Source: Octopus bimaculoides
Lineage: Eukaryota
Direction of reading: 5' to 3'
DNA length: 38,114 bases
NCBI RefSeq assembly: GCF_001194135.2
Contig: NC_068987.1
Location: forward strand, 10,752,079 to 10,790,192
Shown here: positions 23,363 to 35,602 of the stretch, in pieces
How positions within the stretch are numbered: the first letter of the stretch is position 1
Layout of the letters: every line of letters starts with the position of its first letter
The notes under the pieces: model-generated
Told to the model about the DNA's origin: nothing
Database searches by the model: none
Seen by the model: only the letters and a program-made list of their open reading frames with translations
Position numbers and translations under genes: made by a program

Positions 23363-23807
23363 TAATAATAATAATGATAATAATAATGGGAAAAAAATAT
23401 CTAGAATCTAAATTACCATTTCTACTCTAGTTTGTTTTTGGTGAGGTGGAGGTAGTAGGGGGTCATTTTGAAGAGGATTTGGTGATTAAAACAGTAAAAT
23501 TGTAACCTTTTATTGCTATTTTGATTCCATAAACCATTAGTGCATTTAATTCGATAACTTACCGAGGAATTAGTTCTCGGAATTATTAAAGTCACTTAGT
23601 GCAGTAATTCTAGATAGAAAGTCATTAATATGAAATCAGTGGTTTGTTGTTTAACAACGATAGAGTCTACAACAAGTATAATAGATCTTATATGAGACGA
23701 GTAGATAAATGTTGAAAATATTGGTTACAGGACTCTGGCTATTGAACAATGCATTAGTCTGTGTAATGAAACCAAGGTCAGAAATGGTAAAGTTTTTATG
23801 TATTAAG

Positions 23808-23809
<2 letters not shown>

Positions 23810-23870
<61 letters not shown>

Positions 23871-23871
23871 T
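23810..23871. repeat. (ATT)n microsatellite
   Basis: About 20 units. Confidence 0.95.
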
Positions 23872-24070
23872 TATGGTTGCTTGTTCATGCTACAAAGTAT
23901 TTTGATGGACCGACTTTCTATTTGTCTTTGTCCATTAATTTCGCTACCATTTCTGAGTCGGCCGTTGTTTGTCTCATTACTTTCAAATCATTTCTTCCAT
24001 CATTCTGCCTCTATCATTGTATCTTTATTTCTCCTTGTTTTTATCTTATTTGTCTCACTCTCTCCATTTC

Positions 24071-24138
<68 letters not shown>

Positions 24139-24420
24139 AATGTACACGCACATAGGTGTGTGTCTGTTATGAACAAAAATGAAGTACTAAGTATACTGTC
24201 TTGAAGGAATAATTTTTCATAATGATGATGATCATGAAAATAATAATAATAATAATAGATCTATTCAGTCTACAACTAGTACAGTCAGCAATATTTGTAA
24301 AACCTACTGACAAATGATATACATGAACGTATATACATACATGTACATATATATGCATATACTCATATATTGTTTATATATATATATATACATACATACA
24401 TACATACAAACATACACACA

Positions 24421-24482
<62 letters not shown>

Positions 24483-24484
24483 TA

Positions 24485-24528
<44 letters not shown>

Positions 24529-24816
24529 ATGTTGTTGCAAACAGAACAAAATAGAACTCAAAATATGAATTTATGTATATCTTTGTTAATATTTAGTAGA
24601 AGCACCAGACTTTGAGTCACTCTGTTGCTTCTGCTAAATATGAAAGAAATATATATATATATATATATTCAATTACATCAAGGATGTAAAATTCTCTTGA
24701 AGGGATGTCAGCATCCAAGTTCTTTATCTATTACTTAACTATATATATCTGTGTGTGTGTGTGTGTGTGTGTACATATTTTCTTTATTTACATGCATATA
24801 CATATATACATGTATG

Positions 24817-24849
<33 letters not shown>

Positions 24850-24859
24850 ATATAATAAT

Positions 24860-25072
24860 GTCTTTGTGTCTGTGTTTGTCCCCCCACTACCACCGCCATC
24901 ACTTGACGACCTATCTTGGTGTGTTTATGTCCCCATAACTTAGCAATTCAGCAAAAGTGACTGATAAAATAAGCACCAGGCATACAAAGGATAAGTCCTG
25001 GGGTCAAATTGTTTGACTAAAAAGCGGTGCTCCAGCATGGACACAGTCAAATGACTGAAACAAATAAAAGAA
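24860..25072 (+). mobile_element. Family A SINE, 3' half
   Basis: gtgtttgtcccccc…cccataacttagcaattcagcaaaag…cggtgctccagcatggacacagtcaaatgactgaaac. Confidence 0.88.
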
Positions 25073-25152
25073 TATATATCTCTATATATATATATATGTG
25101 TGTGTGTGTATGTATATATACACATATACATACATACAAGTAAGCACACAGG

Positions 25153-25382
25153 GGCGGCGAGCTGGCAGAAACGTTAGCACACTGGGCGAAATGCTTAGCA
25201 GTATTTCGTCTGCCGCTACGTTCTGAGATCAAATTCCGCCGAAGTCAACTTTGCACTTTCGTCCTTTCGGGGTCAATTAAATAAGTACCAGTTATGCACT
25301 GGGGTCGATATAATCGACTTAATCCGTTTGTCTGTCCTTGTTTGTCTCCTCTGTGTAGCCCCTTGTGGGTAGTAAAGAAATA
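25153..25382 (+). mobile_element. Family B tRNA-derived SINE, full length
   Basis: A-box-like tggcagaaacg, B-box-like gagatcaaattcc, core gtcaactttgcactttcgtcctttcggggtcaattaaataagtaccag, tail ttgtgggtagtaaagaaata. Confidence 0.92.
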
Positions 25383-25459
25383 ATAGGAGCATAACAAGGT
25401 AGAAGAAATAGTACATGAATACCAAAGGCAGAGTCTTCAGCAACACTAGTCATGAACAT

Positions 25460-25975
25460 TTGTTTTTTATATAAATCAAAAATAAGTTGGAAGTGTAGTT
25501 TATTTGAAACTATGATGAAGAGTTACCAAAATCCTTGAAAGTGGAACTAAATAGTAAATCTGTAGCAAAGAAGACCCTTAAATGCAATGTGAATTTAGCA
25601 TTAGTTTGAATATTGAAGCAGCTTTATTCTGATCGCATTCTCATCCCATTAAAAACAGCTTCAAAGTCATGAAATCGTAAAAATGCAAAAAAAGGCACTG
25701 GCTTTGGTCTCCTTTCTTTATCTGTCAATACCTTTCTCTACAGTCTGTCAGTTCTTTTGCAAATGGTGCAGCTAAAGATTGACCAGATGGCTGAATGGAT
25801 TTGACCATTTGACCTTCAGTCAAAAATGCATTAAATCTAGAAAATAGAAGCAATTCCAGCCCTTTCAAAATTCTTTGTCAGTCAGGTCAGTTCTGTCGTT
25901 CAGGTTACTCAGACTAAATTTTTGCCAACGGAACAAAATTATTTGTTTTCTTCCTGATATGTAATGTTCATTGTT
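25460..25975 (-). pseudogene. Highly decayed CR1-group (CR1/L2/Rex1) LINE reverse-transcriptase fragment
   Basis: Across frameshifts the motifs occur in RT order: KQIILF…SLSNLNDRT (cf. W K.A.V.P..K…NDYRP), KGLELLLFSRFNAFLTEGQMVKSIQ (cf. K.LEK.VY.RL..FL..N.LL…Q), ELTDCRE/KVL, DFEAVFNG (cf. DFSKAFD), LFLIYIK (cf. LFLIYIND). Confidence 0.6.
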
Positions 25976-26104
25976 ATATTCCTAGACTCTTGGGATATCA
26001 GTCCCACGTAAGTTGGAATTTCTCCCTTTTAACCAGGATCTTTTGTGACTTCATTGATTTACTAATATTGTCTTCCATTTTATTCAAATTAACTCTCAAT
26101 TCAT

Positions 26105-26140
<36 letters not shown>

Positions 26141-26196
26141 ATGTGTGCATACTTCTTTCATAAAATAGCTTTTGAACTTTTGAGATATTAGTCCAA

Positions 26197-26426
26197 ATGG
26201 CTAAAATGAGTGTCATAGAAAATTTTTTTAAGAATAAGGCGTAGGAGTGGCTGTGTGGTAAGTAGCTCGCTTACCAACCACATGGTTCCGGGTTCAGTCC
26301 AACTGCGTGGCACCTTGGGCAAGTCTCTTCTACTATAGCCTCGGGCCAACCAAGGCTTTGTGAGTGGATTTGGTAGACGGAAACTGGAAGAAGCCCGTCG
26401 TATATGTATATATATATATATATGTA

Positions 26427-26462
<36 letters not shown>

Positions 26463-27815
26463 TGTGTCTGTTTGTCCCCCCCAGCATCGCTTAACAACCG
26501 ATGCTGGTGTGTTTACGTCCCTGTAACTTAGCAGTTCAGCAAAAGAGACCGATAGAATAAGTACTAGGCTTACAAAGAATGAACTCTGGGATTGATTTGA
26601 ACGACTATAAAGGTGGTGCTCCAGCATGGCTGCAGTCAAATGACTGAAACAAGTAAAAGAGTAAAGAGTAAAAGAGTAAAAAAAAAAGTCTTTGAAAGGA
26701 AACAATTACAAATGATGGTAAACCAATGTTGAACTTACCTAATTTGCGAAGGTTCCAACGAGAAACGTGTGAGACAATTTCAGATTTATCTAAGAAAAAA
26801 ATTGTTAACTTGATGTGCTAAGCCAAATAAGTTATTCTCCTGGCCATGCTTGTTATTTAGTTAAGAAAAAATTGTTTGGAGTGCTGAAGGTTACGATGAT
26901 GTAAATAATCTACATATGGCCATGCTAAAACATTAATGTTTGCGAAGACATTGGAAATGTCCACATAGACTTATAAATAGATGCATATAAAAAAAAAAAC
27001 AGAGCATACAACAGCATAATGAAGAAATTTAGTGAAACAGATACATTCTGTGGCAATTGATCAATGCCTGGAACTATCATTTCGGAGGCCATTTTGAATC
27101 CAATGAAACCAATAATCATGGAAATTGAAAAGAATCCTTATATTTAATGAGTAAATACGACAAAAAATTGGCAAGCCATCTACATATAGCTTCTATTTAC
27201 TCAGGTCTCCCAAACAGAATTCAAAATGATTTGATTGGTGCAGTTCAAAAGGTTATGTTGAATGAAATAGAAAATGAATTGAAGCGGGCTCAATTTGTAG
27301 CTATTCTTGTAGATGAAACATCTTATGTATTGAACTATTCACAATTGTCAACAGCTTCGAGTTATGTTACAAAAGATCGTGTTATTAAAGGACAATTTAA
27401 TAGTTTTAATGACGTTAGTGTAGATCATTCGGCAAACGCATTATCTGAACATGTTTTTAAATGCGTTGAATGAAACATGGAAGTGTGAAAACAAATTAAT
27501 TGCACAAACCTAGGATGGTGCCACTACAATAGCAGAACAATTAAATGGGTTGCGTCAAAAGTAAGAGAGAATTATGAATGTACGATTTTTGTTCGTCGTT
27601 GTGCTCATGTCCTAAATTTAGGTTTTTTTCACAAACATGCTCTGCTATAAAAGAAAGTGAGATATTTTTGTCAACAATAAATAGACTGGGTACATTTTTC
27701 ACGAAACCATCTAAAAGGGCTAATGTGTTAGATAACATAGTTAAAAACAGATTTCCCAAAGCTACAGCAACTAGACAGAAATACTCCCCGTGTCTTATTA
27801 CTTCTAACAGCCTCG
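26197..27815 (+). pseudogene. Decayed hAT transposase (TTF zinc-finger / DUF4371, ZMYM1-like), interrupted by a SINE
   Basis: LFSWPCLLFS*EKIVWSAEGYDD; LSFRGHFES…GN; LASHL…YSGLPNRIQNDLI; FVAILVDETS; KLIAQT*DGA; FVRRCAHVLNL; RFPKATATR. Many stops and frameshifts; third catalytic residue and dimerisation domain absent; TIRs not found. Confidence 0.88.
26238..26687 (+). mobile_element. Family A tRNA-derived SINE, full length
   Basis: A-box-like tggctgtgtgg, B-box-like ggttcagtcc, core gcaccttgggcaagt…gtgagtggatttggtagacggaaactggaagaagcccgtcg, central (TA)/(TG) tract, tail (aaagagt)n. Confidence 0.95.
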
Positions 27816-27829
27816 CATACAAAACTTAT

Positions 27830-27970
27830 TACTAAGGCAACAGAAAACAGCTTCAATACATGATTTTACCAATACAAGAATTCATTTAAATATCCAGAGT
27901 CTAAGTCCTCAAGAAGTTTGTCCAGGTATGTATGGCCACTGAAAACATCTGGTTTGGCTTTTTCCAAAAT
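27830..27970 (-). pseudogene. Decayed LINE ORF2 fragment just upstream of the RT domain
   Basis: ILEKAKPDVFSGHTYLDKLLEDLDSGYLNEFLYW*NHVLK resembles the I..LK..KS.G.D.I..KLLK…L..PL..I.N.SL linker. Confidence 0.45.
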
Positions 27971-28147
27971 CTGCTAGTCAATTAAAAAAGAGCAAATCTA
28001 AAAAGACATGTCCCTTACTGCCATTCTATGAGTGGCCTGTTAAGTACAAGTGAAAAGTATATTATTCTGTTTCAGGACAAATCAGCTTTAAATTGGAACC
28101 ATGAATTATTGAACTGTTTAAATTATACGTCACAATGTTTCACAAAA

Positions 28148-28536
28148 ACTACCTCATTGTATTCGATGAGGCAAAGTGGCTGAGTTCCTTTCACATATTG
28201 GGCCACATGGAGGCAGTAACTGATACCTTTGGCATTATGTTGTGCTTGAGAAGAAGACTCATCAAGCCAAGCAAAATCAGAGTCGTGGAAGATACCGGTG
28301 TCTCGTAAACTGGCACCCGTGCCAGTGGCACATAGAAGCACCCCGATGTCACACAAATGGCACCTGTGCTAGTGGAACGTAAAAGCATCTTTTACACTCT
28401 TGGAGTGGTTGGTGTTAGGAAGGGTATCCAGCCGTAGGAAATCATGCCAAACCAGACTGGAGTCTGGTGCAGCCCCTCAGCTTATCAGCCCTGGTCAAAC
28501 CATCCAACCCATGCCAGCATGGAGAACGGACATTAA

Positions 28537-28568
<32 letters not shown>
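28148..28568 (+). mobile_element. Family C RTE-type 3' region
   Basis: Collinear with 20595-21270 but carries about one 42-bp unit and two copies of the tggcacc..tgc..gtggcac motif; (GAT)n tail. Confidence 0.85.
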
Positions 28569-29339
28569 ACATATGTACATATGTATTATTCAAACTTATG
28601 TTCTGTATCTATATTTATCAATGTCGTTGTGTATAAAATTCTTTGTGCCTGCTTCCCTTAACGACCCTCTCCCACATCCCTTACTTTCGTTCTTTCTCTC
28701 TCACCCTCCTGCTTTTTTTTATTTCTGTCCTTTTTATCTCATCACACTTCGCTTTTCTTTCACAAACTTCCTTTCACTCTCGTTTCCCCACCATCCACGA
28801 ACCATTTATATATTTCTCTGTGACAATCATATGCCCTTGTTTCTATTTTTATATAATTATTACATTGTTTTTATTTTCATTATTACTGACTTGTTCCATC
28901 TACGTTTCTTAAATTCCAAAATGCTTCTTGCCAGGAATTTTCCTTTGGCAGCAAATATTATAACTCTTTCCCTACATCAAAGCCTAGCACTTCAGTTTAC
29001 TCAACATTATTTCTTTTACCATTAATATTTACATTGTTTTTCATCAACGTTCAACGGTATTAGCCAAAAGATTCCATAAACTTTGAAATGTTCAATCAGT
29101 TTTAAATGTTTATTTGATTGTTTGCCAACAAATCCTAACTGTACCATTTATAAGCATTTAAAACCATTCTATTGTTCCACAAAATTTTACTTTTAACTTC
29201 TGTCTGATGATTGGCCACATGAAATTCAGAGTAATAACAGATGAAGTTTTCCAGCTGCAATAAAACACCATATATGTATAAAAATATATATCTCATTGCC
29301 GTCATTCTTGACGTCGTCGTCGCTGTAGTTGTCATCACC

Positions 29340-29720
29340 GTCATTATTGTCATCGCTTTAATGTCCACATTTCCATGCTTTCATACATCAGATGGAATCT
29401 GTTGAGGTAAACTTTTCTATGGGCAGATGTCCATCCTGTCTCAAACCTTTGCATGTTTCCGAGTTAATATCTCCCCTTGTCCAGACAGAAGATACAAACA
29501 CACACATGCACACACACACACACACATTTACATATATATATGTATATATATCATCATCACCATTATCATCCTTTAACGTCCATTTTCCATGCTGGCATGA
29601 GTTGGACATTTTGACCAGAGCTGGCTACTGGAGAGCTGCACAAGGCTCCAGTCTGATTAGGCTTGGTCTCTACCACTGGATGCCCTTCCTAATGCCAGCC
29701 ACTTTACAGAGTGTACTGGA
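29340..29720 (-). mobile_element. Two family C tail fragments
   Basis: tttaatgtccacatttccatgc… at ~29355 and tttaacgtccattttccatgctggcatg…ctggatgcccttcctaatgccagcc at ~29570-29700, each after a (CAT)n-type tract. Confidence 0.75.
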
Positions 29721-29795
29721 TTTTTTTAATATAGAATTTGCATTAGTGTTATATCCACATACACACACACACACATGCACACATGCACACATGTA

Positions 29796-30015
29796 TTCGA
29801 GCGGGATCGTTGCCAGTGCCCCTGGACTGGCTCATGTGCAGGCGACACATGAAATCTTTCGAGCGAGATCGTTGCCAGTGCCCCTGAACTGGCTCTTGTG
29901 CGGGGCCGTCGTAGGATTTTCGAGCGAGATCGTTGCCGGTGCCCCTGGACTGGCTCTTGTGCGGGTGACACATGAGGTTTTTTTTTGGTTTTTTTCGATC
30001 GAGATGAGCGTGGCC
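29796..30015 (+). repeat. ~61-bp GC/CpG-rich tandem array (3 units plus, ends at gap)
   Basis: Units start at 29796, 29858, 29919 and 29994: ttcgagcgagatcgttgccagtgcccctggactggctcttgtgcgggtgacacatga. Confidence 0.92.
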
Positions 30016-31970
30016 NNNNNNNNNNNNNNNNNNNNNNNNNNNNNNNNNNNNNNNNNNNNNNNNNNNNNNNNNNNNNNNNNNNNNNNNNNNNNNNNNNNNN
30101 NNNNNNNNNNNNNNNNNNNNNNNNNNNNNNNNNNNNNNNNNNNNNNNNNNNNNNNNNNNNNNNNNNNNNNNNNNNNNNNNNNNNNNNNNNNNNNNNNNNN
30201 NNNNNNNNNNNNNNNNNNNNNNNNNNNNNNNNNNNNNNNNNNTATCTTAAAAATACTAAAACTCTAGAAGATGTTTGTTTATTCCTGAAATATCTCAAAA
30301 ATAGTATATTTTATCTTAATTTTTTTTACATATATATTTTCATACTTACTTTATGCAGTGCAGTATGAGGTTTTGTAATATTTGGACCTCTGTTTATTAA
30401 TGAAAATGATTAAGCACAATTTCTGTTTGTTATTTCTTGACAAAAAAAACCTGGGTAATATTCTTTATGTTGCATGTCTCGTTTCTCTGTTCGTTTTTTC
30501 GTTGTTCGAAAAAAAAGTTCATTTTCTGTCTTCGTCTTTATGTTTTCATTTCTCATTGTGTTTAACGTTTTTTGTGATGTCCTGTTGTCCTGGACCCATA
30601 TATGCTTGTATGTATACATATAGATGTCGGTATGTACATATATGTATGGATATATGCATATATTTATATATTATCTATGTTATTATATATATATATATAT
30701 ACACACACGCACTTCCATATTGTCAAGCTGTATATACCTGGCTATGGCATATAACCAGCAGTCAGAAAGTTACTGACAGTTTCGCACCAACTATTGCACT
30801 TGGTAATGTTGAGAACTCTTCAGAAATGCACACAGCCTCTTTTACACTGGAGGTAAATATACAATCCTGGTTTGTGTGATGATGGTAAAACCCAAAACTA
30901 GATGAAAAGTGTGATGAAAAGTTGTAACATTTTTCAGGAGGGAAAGAAGAGCTGCCTCCCATTGGATGATGTCAGCTGTGGTGGAAAGTGGTCAGTTGTT
31001 TGTGTGTGTGTGTATGTGTGTGTGTATGTGTGTGTGTATGTGTGTGTTTGTGTGCATGCATCTTTTGCATTCTCTTGTCTGAAAAATGGGACCAATTAGA
31101 GAAAAAAAAATGAATGAGATTTGTAGCTGGTCCTGTTTTTAGTTTGTATGTGCCAGCCTTATGTATGTCTTACTGTATACACACCTTTATTTTTCTTATC
31201 ATTTAAAAGAGCTTTTGTCTACATATTTTAGTTTGCTTAGCAAGTATCTTATAGCTAAAGCAGTATTTAAACATTATCACTGTGTTAAATGCTGCCTTGC
31301 TTCTAAATCACCTGATATCTTTGTCTTGATAAATGTTCATCTCTGTCTAGATGTGTTTGTATTTGTCAGTAAATGATACAGCCTACATATGTTAGTCTAT
31401 ATTTTCATGTGATGTGCATACATACATATATATATATATATATCTTTAAATACGTCTATCTTTGTCGATGTATAACCATCTGTCTTTAAACATACGCATC
31501 TTCATATTTTATGTCAGCCAATGTCTATTGATATATTTGAGTGCCTGTATTTCATCTAAGTACATCTCTCTTTGTCTATATACGTCAATCAAAAGTTCAT
31601 ACATGTTTTCTCTATATTTATACCATTCACTGCTTACCTATATATATTTTGTGTTTGTATCTCGTAGTATTTTACGATTATATATGTTTGTCTCGCTAAG
31701 GCTATCTTTGTTCATACATGTCTGTTTATGTATTAGATCGGAAAGAAAGTCCTGTCATATTCCAAGATGTGAAAGAAACAAATGTTTCTTTTGTCTTCAT
31801 TGATATATTTAATGAAGATTATATTTCTTCTCATTATTGATAACATAATCCCATCTATTTAGTAAATTTGTTGATCCCTCAGGCATAAAATTCTTCAGGT
31901 TTTAAAGCTAAGAAACACTCAATATCATTTCTAACTTTCCAACAATTCATAAATTCTTTTCTCTCTAAAT

Positions 31971-32037
31971 CGGTGGTTCTGAGCTGGGCTCTACATAACC
32001 CTTGAGGGTTCATATAACCCCTGGGTTATATTGAAGG
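31971..32037 (+). mobile_element. hAT MITE left end (same family as 4294)
   Basis: cggtggttctgagctggg…ataacccttgagggttcatataa matches cagtggtcctcaacccagg…gcccctgagtgtccatataa; preceded by ctctaaat. Confidence 0.5.
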
Positions 32038-32205
32038 TGGCGAGCTGGCAGAATCATTAGCATGCCAGGTGAAATGCTTAGCGGTATTTCGTCTGCCACT
32101 ATGTTCTGAGTTCAAATTCTGCTGAGGTCAACTTTGCCTTTCTCCTTTCGGGGTCGATTAAATAAGTACCAGTTACGCACTGGGGATCGATCTAATCAAC
32201 TTAGT
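32036..32205 (+). mobile_element. Family B SINE
   Basis: ggtggcgagctggcagaatcattagc…gttctgagttcaaattctgctgaggtcaactttgcc…aataagtaccagttacgcactgggg. Confidence 0.9.
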
Positions 32206-32271
32206 CCTTGTTCATCCCCTCGGATGAACCCTTGAGGGTTCATATAACCCTTGGGTTATATTGAAGGGAGA

Positions 32272-32415
32272 GGGGACAATGTACATCAACCCCTTATTTT
32301 ATTGACCCCAAAAGGATGAAAGGCAAGGTCAACCTCAGTGGAATTTGAACTCAGAATGTAAAGTTGGATAAAATGCTGCTAATCATTTTTTCCAACATGG
32401 TTATGATTCTGCCAC
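32272..32415 (-). mobile_element. Family B SINE
   Basis: ttttattgaccccaaaaggatgaaaggcaaggtcaacctcagtggaatttgaactcagaatg. Confidence 0.85.
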
Positions 32416-32450
32416 TGTGCAACCTAAACACAGGTGTAATGGTAATAACT

Positions 32451-32715
32451 ATTACCTCCGCCTTAGCGAAGGCAGAGGTATTGTTTTCAGTCATATTTGT
32501 TTGTTTGTTTGTCCGTGGACAAGATATCTCAAGAACTGCTGGATGGATTCGGATGAAACTTTCAGGGTTGTTTGGCCTCATGACTGGCACAAACTGATTA
32601 GATTTTGGGATCAATCTAGTATCAGACAAGGATTCTGGATTATCTGTTATATTTACTTTATTTTATATTACGATCTTATGTTGACTTTCAAGTTTTTCTT
32701 TGATTATATCCCTTG
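32451..32715 (+). mobile_element. Helentron/Helitron-like non-autonomous element (HINE-like)
   Basis: Starts attacctccgcc with hairpin acctccgcctt/aaggcagaggt, then (gttt)n, then gatatctcaagaactgctggatggattcggatgaaacttt. This layout is typical of widespread HINE-type repeats. Confidence 0.55.
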
Positions 32716-33371
32716 AGAGCATACTCATGGTTTCCACGTAAGTTATGGTGGTGTTGCTGTTTCCAAAGTTTTGCTTTCGTTTCTCTATTATTAATTTTAC
32801 TCATGCCTCTATCTTAGTAGAAACTGATGGATAAAGAAATCAAACTACATAAACAAACAACAGCAAAACCGTTCAGAAATTAAATAACACTAACATATTC
32901 AGTAACAATAATAAAATTTTTTTATATATATTTAGCATCAGATAAAGTGGTATAAAAAATAGATTTTTTGGTGATAAATTAAATAACAAAAAACGTGGGT
33001 ACTAATGGGGTGAGATATCTTGCAAGTAATAAATGTCTTAACAACATTAGAAATAGCTTCTAAAGAAAAGACTCCTTTGTGTTGCTTTTACTTTGCAATG
33101 TCATTTGGTTCATTTATTCGTTTGTTTGTCATTCATGGATTTTCGTGTATTTGCTGAACTGTAAAACACCAAAATACTCATCAGGTTGCAGGTAGTTTAG
33201 TGTTCACTCACCGAATCGGTTTTTACCTTCAGTACAAACCTGTTCTGCCACACCAGATAAGAGGCACTGGGATTGTTTGGTTGTTTAATCTAGTCACAGT
33301 CAATGATTTTACAGTTTTTTTAAATATTTTTTTCCATTGTCAAGTTTTAATAAGTGCTATAATTATTTCCA

Positions 33372-33768
33372 GCCAACATGGCTGTGTAGTAAGAAGCTTA
33401 CTTCCAAACCACATGGTTCCAGGTTCAGTCCCACTGCATGGCACCTTTGGTACATGTCTTCTACTATAGTCTCTGGCTGATCAAAGCCTTGTGAGTGAAT
33501 TTGGTAGATTGAAACTGAAAGAAGCCTTTCATATATGTGTGTGTGTGTGTGTGTATTTTTGTGTCTGTGTTTGGCGCCCACCACTGCTTGACAACTGGTG
33601 TTGGTGTGTTTACATCCCCATAACTTAGTGCTTTGGCAAAAGAGACCAACAGAATAAATATCAGACTTCAAAATAAACTAAGTAGTGAGGTCAATTCCTT
33701 TGAGCAAAGATTCTTCCAGTCAGTGCCCCAGCATGGCCGCAGTCTAATGACTGAAATGGATGAAAGAG
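33372..33768 (+). mobile_element. Family A SINE, full length (diverged)
   Basis: Head, core, (TG)n and tail all present. Confidence 0.9.
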
Positions 33769-33875
33769 AAAGGTAGGCACAGGGCCATGAGTAGGGTATG
33801 TGTTCAAATTCCTATAAGTTCATGCAGTGTACATACACATCTTGGGGAACAAACTTTCAGAAACTCTCGTATGTA

Positions 33876-34540
33876 TATCTTTTATTCTTTAACTTGTTTC
33901 AGTCATTAAACTGCGGCCATGCTGGGGCATCACTTTGAAGAAATTTATAATTGAATGAATCAACTCAAATACTTGTTTCTTTTTTTTTTTTTTGAAGCCT
34001 GGTATTTATTCCATTGGTGTCTTTTGCTGAACTGTTAAGTTACAGGGATGTAAACAAACTGACACCTGTTGTCAGCCAGTCGTGGGGGACAGACACAGAC
34101 ACAAAGATACACACACCCACCCACACACATACATACATACACACAAACAAACATACACTCACACACACACATAAAACGCACCAATTGCGCTTTTGCAGTG
34201 GTTGACATTAGGAAGGGCATCTGGAACGTGGTGCAGCCTTCCGGTTTACAAGTTCCAGTAAAACTGTCTAACCCATGCCAGCATAAAAAGCGGATGTTAA
34301 ATGATGATGATGATGATGATAATGATGATAATGATAATGATGATGGTGATATGTGTGTGTGTGTGTGCACGCGCACATGACAGGCTTTTTTCAGTTTCTC
34401 TCTACCAAGTGCACTCTCAAGGCTTTAGTCAGCCCATTACTATAGTGGAAGACACTTACCCAAGTGCCACACAGTGGGGCTGAGCTCAGAATAATATAGC
34501 TGGGAAGAAAACTTACCATGCGACCATGCCTGCACCTATA
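33876..34540 (-). mobile_element. Family A SINE split by a family C tail
   Basis: A 3' half 33876-34140 and A 5' half 34375-34540 (both minus) flank a plus-strand C fragment 34190-34350. Confidence 0.8.
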
Positions 34541-35164
34541 TATATATATTTACTTACTTTTGTGTAGGCACTTAGCATGAGTTTCTTAAGATTAACACGT
34601 GTCATGTGAGCTTCTAGAGATCTGTATACATATATTTATATGAACTCCTAGAAATTTACATATATACTTAGATGAACTTCGGAAATTTGCATACATATAT
34701 ATTTTTTTTTTCTGCTTTTTTTCCAGCTGAAGATAATATAATATAGAGAATTATAAGGAGTGGAATGAACTGAAGATAATGTTGTATTGGAAACTAAAAG
34801 AAGTGGAAAATGCTTTCTACTTCCTCACCAGTTAATCTGCCAGGCTGCCAGAGGCATTTAACAACTCTTGATATAAGTGAGACAACAAAAAAAGTTCCAG
34901 CCTTTCATGATAAGAAATTGATGATGATAATAATAATAATGACAATAATAATAATGATGATGATAATAATAATAACTTATCTAATGCTATCTGAGTAGTA
35001 TTTTGCCATTGGAATGCAATATCGGTGAGTATTATATCTGATGGAATTCATGAGAACATTTTATTTTTAGAACTATTTTCAAGACGGAAAAAAAAAATTA
35101 AGCAAATTAGTTTTTTGTTTTTTTTAATTAGAAAATATTCTTATTTACTGAGGTAAGACAATTA

Positions 35165-35395
35165 TTTCATTGTCATCACTCTCACCATTACCATCGTTGT
35201 CATTGTCTTCATCGTTATCATCATTAGGTCCATATTTCCAAGCTTGCGTGGGTCAGATAAAATTCGTTGTGGCAGATTTTCTACAGCTGGATGCTTTTCC
35301 TGTTGCCAACTCTCACCTGTTTCCAAGCAAGTCAAATTGTCCAACCCATGCTAGCATGGAAAGCAGACGTTAAATGATGATGATGATGATGATAT
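35165..35395. mobile_element. Back-to-back family C tail fragments
   Basis: Minus fragment 35165-35330 and plus tail gtccaacccatgctagcatggaaagcagacgttaaatgatgat 35338-35395. Confidence 0.7.
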
Positions 35396-35449
35396 ATATA
35401 TATATATATATATGTTTGTGTGTATATAGATAGATAGATAAATAGATAA

Positions 35450-35499
<50 letters not shown>

Positions 35500-35503
<4 letters not shown>

Positions 35504-35602
35504 TGGAGCAGTCTCGAGTTAACTGGTTGAAACTGCAAAGATGATCTGAAACTCAACTGAGGATAGGAAGCTCCAAATGACCCGTCCTTGTTTTTTCCTT
35601 TC
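35500..35602 (+). mobile_element. Penelope-like terminal fragment (second copy)
   Basis: Collinear with 22460-22560; contains ctgagga-t-a-gga(agc)tcc-aaa-tgaccc-gtc; cut by gap. Confidence 0.5.

Noticed and set aside
25685-25725. KERRPKPVPFFA as a mononegaviral L-protein premotif (endogenous virus)
   Set aside because: Spacing to the next D-motif is far too short for an L protein, and the flanks fit LINE RT motifs in order.
25986-26007. 22-nt micro-exon (tattcctag|…|gtaagt)
   Set aside because: Good splice signals but no partner exons; it lies at the edge of a decayed LINE on the opposite strand.
25153-26310. tRNA genes
   Set aside because: A/B-box-like heads continue into SINE bodies and do not form a complete cloverleaf; family B has an over-long A-B spacing.
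20687-30015. 42-bp and 61-bp arrays as CRISPR-like
   Set aside because: Head-to-tail units with no unique spacers, no cas genes, animal context.
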